DNA of 64,000 bases from Verrucomicrobiota bacterium (GTDB lineage: Bacteria > Verrucomicrobiota > Verrucomicrobiia > Limisphaerales > AAA164-E04), in assembly GCA_047947115.1 (NCBI GenBank), contig CP170459.1:2400001-2464000 (forward strand), given 5' to 3'. Positions 28,117 to 36,615 of this stretch are shown here, one piece after another. Under the pieces are notes generated by a model. It saw only the letters and a program-made list of their open reading frames with translations, ran no database searches and had not been told where the DNA came from. The translations under genes were made by a program, and so were the position numbers. Within the stretch, counting starts at the first letter, position 1. Each line of letters starts with the position of its first letter.

Positions 28117-28874
28117 TGAAACTGACCCTTAAGATTTGGCGACAGAAGAACGGCAACGATGCCGGTGGATTTGTGACATACCAGGCCAACGATGTGAATG
28201 AGAACATGTCGTTCCTCGAGATGTTGGACGTGGTGAATGAGGGCTTGATTGCCGAAGGCAAAGACCCCGTGGCCTTCGATTCCGATTGTCGTGAAGGTAT
28301 CTGCGGAACATGTTCTCTTGTGATCAATGGAGTGCCTCACGGAGGGCAAAAAGCAACGACTGCATGTCAGTTGCACATGCGACATTTTCAGGATGGTCAG
28401 ACCATCACCATCGAACCCTGGCGTGCCAGGCCGTTTCCTGTGGTGCGGGACCTCGTGGTGGATCGTGACGCATTCGACAAGATCATCCAATCCGGTGGCT
28501 TCGTCTCCGCCAGCACCGGTGGAACGCCGGATGCCAATGCCATTCCTATTTCCAAGGATGCTTCGGACGCCGCGATGGATGCAGCTCAATGTATCGGTTG
28601 CGGGGCCTGCGTGGCTGCATGCAAGAACGCTTCCGCCATGTTGTTTGTGTCTGCCAAGGTTTCTCATCTTGGGTTGTTGCCACAGGGGAAGGTTGAGAAG
28701 GATCGCCGGGTTCTGGCCATGGTCAAAACCATGGATGAAGCCGGATTCGGCAATTGCACGGTGACCGGAGCCTGCGAAGCGGTTTGTCCGAAGGAGATCA
28801 GTCTCGACTTTATCTCTCGCCTGAATCGGGATTACGCGACCGCTGTGTTCAAGTCCGCTTGGGGGGCTAAGTAG
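28116..28874 (+). CDS. sdhB: Succinate dehydrogenase/fumarate reductase iron-sulfur subunit
   Basis: [33 protein letters not shown]. Confidence 0.97.
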   Translation: MKLTLKIWRQKNGNDAGGFVTYQANDVNENMSFLEMLDVVNEGLIAEGKDPVAFDSDCREGICGTCSLVINGVPHGGQKATTACQLHMRHFQDGQTITIEPWRARPFPVVRDLVVDRDAFDKIIQSGGFVSASTGGTPDANAIPISKDASDAAMDAAQCIGCGACVAACKNASAMLFVSAKVSHLGLLPQGKVEKDRRVLAMVKTMDEAGFGNCTVTGACEAVCPKEISLDFISRLNRDYATAVFKSAWGAK

Positions 28875-29201
28875 GTTTGTGGAGTTGATTTAGGCAGCCA
28901 CCGCGGTGGGGGATCTGCGAGACGAACAGGATTTAAAAGATGATTTGCCAGATGCTTTTAGGTGGATTGGCTTGACCTGTTAAAGGGATTTCAGGTTTTT
29001 AGTGGGGCAATAGGTATGGGGGTGTCCAGGGGATAGCTTTTGCAGGGTTAATTGAAGATGGGAGCCCTGAGGTTTGCGCGCCGGGACGCCACCTTCTACC
29101 TGAGGGAGGGACCTCATCGGTCGACCGAATCATCTTGATTCGAAGAAAAATTCACCCTTCACTATTCTCAATTCACCATTTTTATGCGTGAGTGATGGAA
29201 T

Positions 29202-29666
29202 ATGCAGACACCTTGGAACCAAAATGGACTGAATCTGAAGACCTGGATCGCCCGGGAACTGGCGTCATTGGTTTCATTGAACTCCATACAAAAGGCTCGG
29301 GGGCGTGCTTCCTCCATGGTTCACCATTTGTTTCTGTCCACGGTAACCCGTTTCCCTGAACTTTGGTCCATTCGGCGTGATTATTACACACATGCCACCC
29401 AGGAATTGATTGAGATATGGAAACGTCTTCGGCGGGATGGGGGGGCGGATCTAATCGCTTTTGCATGTCCGCCTGACGAGGTGGTTGCTTTGATTCATCA
29501 TCTGGAGGTTGCCTTTCCTGCGGGAGGCCTGCTTTTGCATCTTGCGCGGTTGAAATATTTGTTGGGGCTTGGAGAGGTGGAAATCGCAGAAATAATGGAT
29601 CTCCCGGAACGTTCTGTACGTCGTCAGCTGGCCTTGCTATCCAAGGAATTCTTACAATCGCACTGA
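29202..29666 (+). CDS. Highly diverged ECF-type sigma factor (planctomycete/Ser-Thr-kinase-associated type)
   Basis: ASSMVHHLFL resembles xTALVHEAYL; WSIRRDYY..A; PPDEVVAL; region-4 HTH LKYLLGLGEVEIAEIMDLPERSVRRQL. Confidence 0.6.
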   Translation: MQTPWNQNGLNLKTWIARELASLVSLNSIQKARGRASSMVHHLFLSTVTRFPELWSIRRDYYTHATQELIEIWKRLRRDGGADLIAFACPPDEVVALIHHLEVAFPAGGLLLHLARLKYLLGLGEVEIAEIMDLPERSVRRQLALLSKEFLQSH

Positions 29667-30010
29667 GTATTGATTGATGTTTTTAAGGGGGGCGAAGGGG
29701 ATGCATTGATGCGATGGGCATTCTGCTCCGAGTTATCGGAGCTCTGGAAACGGTGCGGATGCACAGGTTGCGGCCAGATTTCACATGATGGTATCGCCCT
29801 CGTGAAGAGCTTTCGTCATGAGTGGAGTACAGTCTTCACCAGCGAGCCACCACGTCAGCCCGGCGTATCCAGAGTGGTAATGACTTGCCGCATTCCAGAT
29901 AAAGCGCTTGGCTAAAATTGATGCCCTGGGAAGTTACAGTTGGCAAACTTGTCATGGGGTTGTATGGATGGAAGATTGCTTCTTTGCCTGCGGGGTATTA
30001 GGATGCGCGC

Positions 30011-31573
30011 ATGAACTTCTCCCATTGGTTTCGTTTGCTTGCGGTGTCATGTTTTTCGATGATGACGTTCGATGTTCATGCTGCGGATCGTCCGAACGTC
30101 GTGTTCATTCTGGCTGATGATTTGGGGTGGCGTGATTTGTCCATTCAGGGCAGCACCTTTTATGAGACTCCCAATATCGACCGTATCGGCCGTGAAGGGA
30201 TGCGATTCAAACAAGGATACGCCACCTGCCAAGTGTGCAGTCCGTCACGTGCAAGCATCATGACAGGGAAATATCCAGCTCGACTGGCAATCACTGATTG
30301 GATAGGTGCAGCCGAAGGAACAGATTGGAAACGCAACACCAAGCTTCTGCCCGCTCATTATCACCACCAGCTTTCCCAGGATGAAACGACCTTGGCTGAG
30401 GCTTTCAAAGAGGGGGGGTACCGGACATTCTTTGCCGGTAAATGGCATTTGGGGGGTGAGGGTAGTTTTCCGGAGGATCATGGATTCGATATCAATGTTG
30501 GCGGTCATTACAGAGGATCGCCTCCCGGTGGCTTTTTTTCACCTTACAGCAATCCCAAAATGGAATCTGGCCCCAATGGGGAGTATCTGCCTTTGAGACT
30601 TGGGAAAGAAACGTCCAAATTCATCGAGGAACATAAGGACGAACCCTTCCTGGCTTATCTTTCCTTTTACATGGTGCATGCTCCATTGGAGACGACGCAA
30701 TCCCTGTGGTCAAAATACCGGGACAAAGCATCGCGACAACCCAAACCGGATCATCGTTTTGTCATTGATCGCACGTCGCCCGTTCGTCAGGTGCAGGACA
30801 ATCCTGTTTACGGAGGTATGGTGGAAGCCATGGATCAAGCTGTTGGAATGGTTTTGGAAACACTGGATCGTCTGGGCCTGGCTGACAACACGATCGTGGT
30901 GTTCACATCCGACAATGGAGGTGTGTCAGCGGGTGACGGCAAGGCTACTTCCAATCTACCGTTGCGTGGAGGCAAAGGTCGCCAGTGGGAAGGTGGTATC
31001 CGCGAACCTTACTTCATCAAATGGCCCGGAGTTGTTGCAGGCAACTCCGCCAGCGATGTTCCTGCTATTGGAACTGATTTCTATCCGACCTTGATGGAAA
31101 TGGTGAGGCTGCCTTTGCGTCCGGAACAACATGTGGACGGAGTCAGTTTGGTCCCAGTGCTGAAAGGTGGAACGATAAAGAAACGTCCCTTGTTTTGGCA
31201 TTATCCGCACTACGGAAATCAGGGTGGTGAACCTTCCTCCATCATGCGTGAAGGGGATTGGAAACTCATTTTTTATCATGAGGACGGTCGATGCGAATTG
31301 TATCATCTGTCCAATGATCCCGGGGAGCAGAACGATTTGTCTTCTGAAAATAAGGAACGCGTCACGGAGATGTTTGAAAAGTTGGTGGCATGGATGCAAT
31401 CGACGGACGCTCGCATGCCCTATCTCAATCCCGCGTTCAGCGAAGAGCAAGCCCGCAATGACCGATTGAGAACCCGAACCCACACCTTGCCCTCGCTGGA
31501 ACGGCAGCATGCAGCCATCCTGGAACCAGACTGGGTGCCGGGTGGTGGTTGGTGGGAAAAGCGTGGGCGTTGA
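30011..31573 (+). CDS. Sulfatase (formylglycine-dependent, Cys-type)
   Basis: PNVVFILADDLG, CSPSRASIMTGKYP, GKWHLG, SDNGG, EGGIR.P, FWHYPHY; signal peptide. Confidence 0.95.
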   Translation: MNFSHWFRLLAVSCFSMMTFDVHAADRPNVVFILADDLGWRDLSIQGSTFYETPNIDRIGREGMRFKQGYATCQVCSPSRASIMTGKYPARLAITDWIGAAEGTDWKRNTKLLPAHYHHQLSQDETTLAEAFKEGGYRTFFAGKWHLGGEGSFPEDHGFDINVGGHYRGSPPGGFFSPYSNPKMESGPNGEYLPLRLGKETSKFIEEHKDEPFLAYLSFYMVHAPLETTQSLWSKYRDKASRQPKPDHRFVIDRTSPVRQVQDNPVYGGMVEAMDQAVGMVLETLDRLGLADNTIVVFTSDNGGVSAGDGKATSNLPLRGGKGRQWEGGIREPYFIKWPGVVAGNSASDVPAIGTDFYPTLMEMVRLPLRPEQHVDGVSLVPVLKGGTIKKRPLFWHYPHYGNQGGEPSSIMREGDWKLIFYHEDGRCELYHLSNDPGEQNDLSSENKERVTEMFEKLVAWMQSTDARMPYLNPAFSEEQARNDRLRTRTHTLPSLERQHAAILEPDWVPGGGWWEKRGR

Positions 31574-31600
31574 TCCGTCTTTTACTTCGTCCTGAGATGC

Positions 31601-32716
31601 TCAGGGCTTGTCCGCAATCGGAACAAGCCTGATCTGTCGAACGTCCATGACCGCGCCGCCGGCCTTCTTTACGGGGATGAGATCAAGCCGATATCGATCG
31701 GGGTGGGGGAATTGAGTTTCTCCGACAAAACGAGGCACGAAATGTTGAAAGTGTCCGGTATCTTCCACCAGGAACGGAATCGTTGATTCATGAACCTTGA
31801 TGTTCATGTGGCTTCCTCCATGCCCTGTTCCACAGCCTTGCAGGATTTCAATGGCGTATCGACCCGGGCGCAACAATTCAAATTCCCAGGAGGGATAATC
31901 TGTTTCATGAATCCAATAACCGACCGTGTTTTTGTGCGGGAGAGGCTCGTATTGAAGCTTCGTTCCGTGAACGGTGACATCCCTCGCATGCAAAAGGATC
32001 GATCCATCTGCGAGCTGGCGGATGGGCTCGCCTTCCGGGGCGGGACGCAACACGACATGGGACAGGTCGATGGATTCCAGTGACGCCTCTTTGATGTTCA
32101 AACTCCATTTGGATCCCTTGGGTTCGGTGATTTTGATTCGGCCCAGGTCAAACGCCTGCACGGCCAACGGGTCGGCAGTGGATTTGATGGATCGCATGGC
32201 TTTGGATGACTGCAGGGAGAATTGCATATCCAACGGCGCATCGACCTTTGACTTGATGTAGACTTCCACACGATAAGATCCTGGTCGCGTCGGTTTGATG
32301 ACACCTGACCAACTGTTGTCCTCTTTCTCCAAGGGGTGCATTTGCCATCGGCCATCGGAAAACTGATGCTGCGTTTGACTTCTTTCCACGATCAGCTTGC
32401 AGGAATGATCGAATGGTTGTTTTGGTGCAATGACTCGGGTTGCGGAATTGCTTTCAGCGGTAAAATTGCAAAGTTCGATATCACCGTATGGGGTGACGAA
32501 ATGCGTTGATCCGATCGTATCGATGGGAATGGGGATGATTTGAGAAGTTTGATTCTGTTTTTCCCAGTCAAACTCCATGCGCTCACGACTATCCCAGAAG
32601 TCTGCCCCGGAGACTGATATGGACAAAACGCTCAGAACCAAGAGGTAAATTAAACGGAGCCAGGGTGTTATGGGTGTGTTCTCTGGTTGGTAAGTATTCC
32701 TTGCTGCGGGTTGCAT
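31601..32716 (-). CDS. Secreted protein with C-terminal galactose-binding-like (CBM-like) domain of the kind appended to PVC sulfatases
   Basis: Hydrophobic N-region; C-terminal LHARDVTVHG..LQYEP..HKNTVGYW...WEF...QGCG.G.GGS...VEDTGHFQ. Start uncertain. Confidence 0.55.
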   Translation of the reverse strand: MQPAARNTYQPENTPITPWLRLIYLLVLSVLSISVSGADFWDSRERMEFDWEKQNQTSQIIPIPIDTIGSTHFVTPYGDIELCNFTAESNSATRVIAPKQPFDHSCKLIVERSQTQHQFSDGRWQMHPLEKEDNSWSGVIKPTRPGSYRVEVYIKSKVDAPLDMQFSLQSSKAMRSIKSTADPLAVQAFDLGRIKITEPKGSKWSLNIKEASLESIDLSHVVLRPAPEGEPIRQLADGSILLHARDVTVHGTKLQYEPLPHKNTVGYWIHETDYPSWEFELLRPGRYAIEILQGCGTGHGGSHMNIKVHESTIPFLVEDTGHFQHFVPRFVGETQFPHPDRYRLDLIPVKKAGGAVMDVRQIRLVPIADKP

Positions 32717-32811
32717 GTTCGAATCATGGGAATTCTGGCGATGAGGTAAAGCAAATAACTTGTTCCAGACAGCTTGCCCTTGTCCCATGGCTTTGGCAGA
32801 CTTGTCGGCCG

Positions 32812-33984
32812 ATGCGTTTTTCGATCAGGGATTGGACAGAGGCCATTGAGACTTTGGTGCTGGAAGTGATCTCCGGTCATCGTCAGGACCGAAAGGCCAC
32901 GGTGATTCGGAGTGCTTTGTTTTGTCTTTCCCTGGTTTTCACAGGGGCCATCAAGTTGCGGCGATCGTTGTACAATTTGCGTTTGCTGAGGGACTCCACA
33001 CTGGGGGTTCAAGTGATTGCAGTCGGAAACCTGACAGTGGGGGGGACTGGCAAGACGCCTGTCGTGGAGAAATTTGCTCGAGAGCTTCAGGATGCCGGGC
33101 GCAAGGTGGCCATTCTTTCTCGTGGTTATCGTTCAAAGCCCCGGCCCTTTCATGAGCGTTTGATGAACAAGCTGTTGTTGCGCCAGGATATCACACCGCC
33201 GAAGGTTGTTTCCAATGGGGAATCCTTGTTGCTGGATTCGGAGTCATCCGGGGATGAACCCTACATGTTGGCGGCCAATTTAAGGGATGTGGTGGTTCTG
33301 GTGGATAAGGACCGTGTCAAGAGCGGGCGGTATGCGATTCAAAAATATGGATGTGATACCTTGTTGCTGGATGATGGTTATCAGTACTGGAAATTGCAGG
33401 GAAGACGGCATGATGTAGTACTGATTGATTATCAGGATCCGTTTGGAAATGAGCATCTGCTGCCACGTGGGACACTCCGTGAGCCCCCGTCTCATCTGGC
33501 ACGCGCCCATACGATCTTTATCACCAAAATCAACGGGCCTACCGAAGGTTTAAGGAAAAGAATCCAAGAACTGAATCCTCGGGCCGGGATCATCGAATGT
33601 GTGCATCATCCTTTGTTTTTTGAGGATTTGTTTACGGGCGAGCAGTTGCCCTTGGAGTTTGTAAGGCACCGTCGGTTGGCAACCATCAGCGGTATTGCAC
33701 AACCGGAGAGTTTTGAGCAAAGCCTGATCCAATTGGGGAATCAAATTGTTTATCAACGCCGGTTTGCCGACCATCACCGTTATAACCAACAGGAGGTGCT
33801 CGATGTCATCAATCGCGGCGTGAAAAGGCAGGCGGAGATGTTGATCACCACTCAGAAGGATGCGGTTCGCTTTCCTAAGCTGGATCGACGTGATCTCCCT
33901 ATCTACTTTATGCGCGTCGAAATCAACATTGTGAAAGGCGCCAAGGACTTCCACGAGTGCGTCAAAAAAATCTGTTTCCACTGA
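32812..33984 (+). CDS. lpxK: Tetraacyldisaccharide 4'-kinase
   Basis: VGNLTVGGTGKTP, ILSRGY, GDEP, LLDDG.Q, LLPRG.LRE, FADHH, TTQKDAV. Confidence 0.95.
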   Translation: MRFSIRDWTEAIETLVLEVISGHRQDRKATVIRSALFCLSLVFTGAIKLRRSLYNLRLLRDSTLGVQVIAVGNLTVGGTGKTPVVEKFARELQDAGRKVAILSRGYRSKPRPFHERLMNKLLLRQDITPPKVVSNGESLLLDSESSGDEPYMLAANLRDVVVLVDKDRVKSGRYAIQKYGCDTLLLDDGYQYWKLQGRRHDVVLIDYQDPFGNEHLLPRGTLREPPSHLARAHTIFITKINGPTEGLRKRIQELNPRAGIIECVHHPLFFEDLFTGEQLPLEFVRHRRLATISGIAQPESFEQSLIQLGNQIVYQRRFADHHRYNQQEVLDVINRGVKRQAEMLITTQKDAVRFPKLDRRDLPIYFMRVEINIVKGAKDFHECVKKICFH

Positions 33985-33987
33985 ATC

Positions 33988-34926
33988 ATGAACAGATTTT
34001 CACAGTGGTTGCTTTATGCGTTAGGCCGGAGTTTGGTGTTTGTCATCCAACTGTTTCCTTTGACATGGGTGGCCGCTTTTGGTCGCCTGGCCGGTCGCCT
34101 GGCGTTTGTGGTTGATAAGCGCCATCGTCGCGTCGCAATCGGACAACTTGAGTGGTATCTGAAACAGACCCGGACCGAGGGGGATCCTGAATCCATGGCG
34201 AAGGAACACTATCGACGTCTGGGAGAAAACTACATTTCAGCCATCAAAACGGCTGGCATGAGTTGGGGCCGGCTTCAAAAGCATCTGGAGTTTGAAGGTC
34301 TCGAAATGCTTCAATCTCATCAAGGAGAGGGAACCGATCCCGAATGGAACAACAATTGGGTCTTCGCCATCGGTCATTTTGGAAATTTCGAATTGTACGC
34401 CCGGTGCATGTCTCAGGTGGAGGGGTTCAAGGGAGCCACGACTTATCGGGGTTTGAACCAAGCCGGTCTCGATCGATTGTTGCATGAGTTGCGCGCCCGT
34501 TCAGGTGTGTTGTTCTTCGATCGCCGAAAACAGTTTGGGAAACTTCGTCAAATCATGAATGAAGGTTCGGTCATGCTGGGGTTGCTGGCGGATCAGGTGG
34601 CGGGGAGTGGCACTCCGATGGAGTTTTTGGGGGATGAATGCCTCTGTTCAACAGCACCCGCCGTGTTTGCCCATCGCTATCACTGTCGTCTGGGGATGGC
34701 GATTTGCTATCGAATCGGTCCCGCAAAATGGAAGGTGATTTTTGATCAGGAAATCCCCACGTTTTCTCAAGGAGAACGCCGATCGGTTGAATCCATCACC
34801 AAGGATGTCAATCGAGCATTTGAAAGAGCGATCCACCGCGATCCCTTGAACTGGTTCTGGGTGCATGATCGCTGGAAGCGTTACCGCAAACTCAAAAAGA
34901 AAAAGCCCGTTCCGCCAGCCAAGTAG
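33988..34926 (+). CDS. Lipid A biosynthesis acyltransferase (HtrB/LpxL family)
   Basis: GHFGNFE, LADQ, WFWVHDRWK; directly follows lpxK. Confidence 0.9.
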   Translation: MNRFSQWLLYALGRSLVFVIQLFPLTWVAAFGRLAGRLAFVVDKRHRRVAIGQLEWYLKQTRTEGDPESMAKEHYRRLGENYISAIKTAGMSWGRLQKHLEFEGLEMLQSHQGEGTDPEWNNNWVFAIGHFGNFELYARCMSQVEGFKGATTYRGLNQAGLDRLLHELRARSGVLFFDRRKQFGKLRQIMNEGSVMLGLLADQVAGSGTPMEFLGDECLCSTAPAVFAHRYHCRLGMAICYRIGPAKWKVIFDQEIPTFSQGERRSVESITKDVNRAFERAIHRDPLNWFWVHDRWKRYRKLKKKKPVPPAK

Positions 34927-35141
34927 GGACTTCAGGAGGATGAATCAGACCGGGGGGGGCACCGTCGAGAAGGTAAGGGCCTGCTGCCACAGAGCCGCGG
35001 GCGCGCAAGGGTGTTGGGTGAATGAGGTGCTGTTCGGACACGCTACCGGATGTGCATTCTCGACACTTCGTGGACACCCTGCCGGTTCAACCAAAGTTCC
35101 GGCAGAGGTTTTTCTGAAATGGCTTCCGCATCTTTGTCCAT

Positions 35142-36590
35142 TCAGTTGAACAGTGAATGGATGACATTTCCGTGCACGTTGGTCAGGCGTCGTGCGATGC
35201 CATTGTGGTAATAGGTCAGTTGGGTGTGATCCATGCCCATCAAATGCAGCGAGGTGGCGTGGATGTCGTAAAATTCGGTCGGATGTTGAACCACTTGATT
35301 CCCCAGTTCATCGGTTGCTCCGTAGGCGTATCCTTTTTTAACTCCGGCTCCAGCCATCCAGATGGTGAACGCGTGTTTATGGTGATCCCGTCCCCGGCTT
35401 TCGAGCCCTTCCGTGATGGGGGTACGTCCGAATTCGGTTGTCCACAGAACCAAGGTGTCTTCCAGCATGCCGCGCAATTTTAAATCTTTCAACAAAGCGG
35501 CCACGGGTTGGTCCATGACGGCGGCCTGTTTGTCGTGATTGCTGGTGAGATCTTCGTGTGCATCCCAATTCACTCTGGGTGAACCTTGTCCGCCGCCGTT
35601 GTAAATCTGAACAAAACGCACTCCACGCTCCGCCAGGCGTCGCGCCAACAGACAGTTGCGTCCGAATTCACCGCAGACGGGCGAATCCAGTCCGTATAGT
35701 TTTCGGGTGGACTCGCTTTCTCCTTTCAGGTCGGTGAGTTCGGGCACCGACATTTGCATCTGTGCGGCCAGTTCGTAGGCATGAATGCGTGCTTCCAATG
35801 TGGAATCTCCCTCGAACTGACCTGCAAAATTTTTATTCATGCGCGTCAGCAATTTGGAAGCGCTCGTTCGTGCTGACGGATTGACGGTTGACGGTGTGTT
35901 GAGGTCGGCGATGGGGTTGGGGCCGGATTGAAAGGCGACTCCCTGATGAACTGCCGGAAGAAATCCACTTGTCCAATTAATTGCTCCACCTGCGGGATAC
36001 TGTCTTGGATCTGGCAGCACAATATAAGCGGGAAGGTTTTGGTTTTCGGATCCCAGACCATAGGACGCCCACGCTCCAAAATTGGGATAGCCGTTGCGGT
36101 CCATCCCGCAATTCATCTGAAAAGTGGCGGGTGTGTGGTTCGAATTCTTGGTGTGCATGGAATGAACAAAGGTCAGATCATCCACACACTCGGCCAAATG
36201 GGGTAGCAAATCGCTCATCCACAGCCCGCTTCGTCCGCGCCGTTTAAAGGTGTAGGGGCTACCCATCAAGCGTCCGGGTTTCAGACGATGGGTTTTCATG
36301 GCGTTGCCGGTGTAGGTTTGATCATTGCGCCGATCCAGTTCGGGTTTGTAATCAAAGGCATCCACATGACTGACCCCGCCCAGTGCACAAATGTGAATGA
36401 TGCGTTGTGCTTTGGGAATAAATCCGGCCGGTTTCGGGAGGTAAGGTGAATTCGAAGCCAGTAATCCAGCGTCTGCTCCCAGCAGCCAATGCAATGCCAC
36501 CGTGCCAAATCCGCAGCCTGATTGCCTGAGAAATTGTCTCCTGGATGTCGCCTTTGTCGAGAGCAGATGGGATGAGGGATGCGGATTCAT
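35142..36590 (-). CDS. DUF1501 domain protein
   Basis: SRRQFL...GFG, GGVSHVDAFDYKP, LARRLAERGVRFVQ, WDAH, TEFGRTP, GRDH, RLTNVHG. Confidence 0.9.
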   Translation of the reverse strand: MNPHPSSHLLSTKATSRRQFLRQSGCGFGTVALHWLLGADAGLLASNSPYLPKPAGFIPKAQRIIHICALGGVSHVDAFDYKPELDRRNDQTYTGNAMKTHRLKPGRLMGSPYTFKRRGRSGLWMSDLLPHLAECVDDLTFVHSMHTKNSNHTPATFQMNCGMDRNGYPNFGAWASYGLGSENQNLPAYIVLPDPRQYPAGGAINWTSGFLPAVHQGVAFQSGPNPIADLNTPSTVNPSARTSASKLLTRMNKNFAGQFEGDSTLEARIHAYELAAQMQMSVPELTDLKGESESTRKLYGLDSPVCGEFGRNCLLARRLAERGVRFVQIYNGGGQGSPRVNWDAHEDLTSNHDKQAAVMDQPVAALLKDLKLRGMLEDTLVLWTTEFGRTPITEGLESRGRDHHKHAFTIWMAGAGVKKGYAYGATDELGNQVVQHPTEFYDIHATSLHLMGMDHTQLTYYHNGIARRLTNVHGNVIHSLFN

Positions 36591-36615
36591 GATGGAGTTG
36601 TTGTGAGTTTTAAGA

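Noticed and set aside
29070..29125. REP-like fragment (CCGGGACGCCACCTTCTAC) downstream of sdhB
   Set aside because: Only one partial copy seen in the window; cannot be supported as a repeat family.
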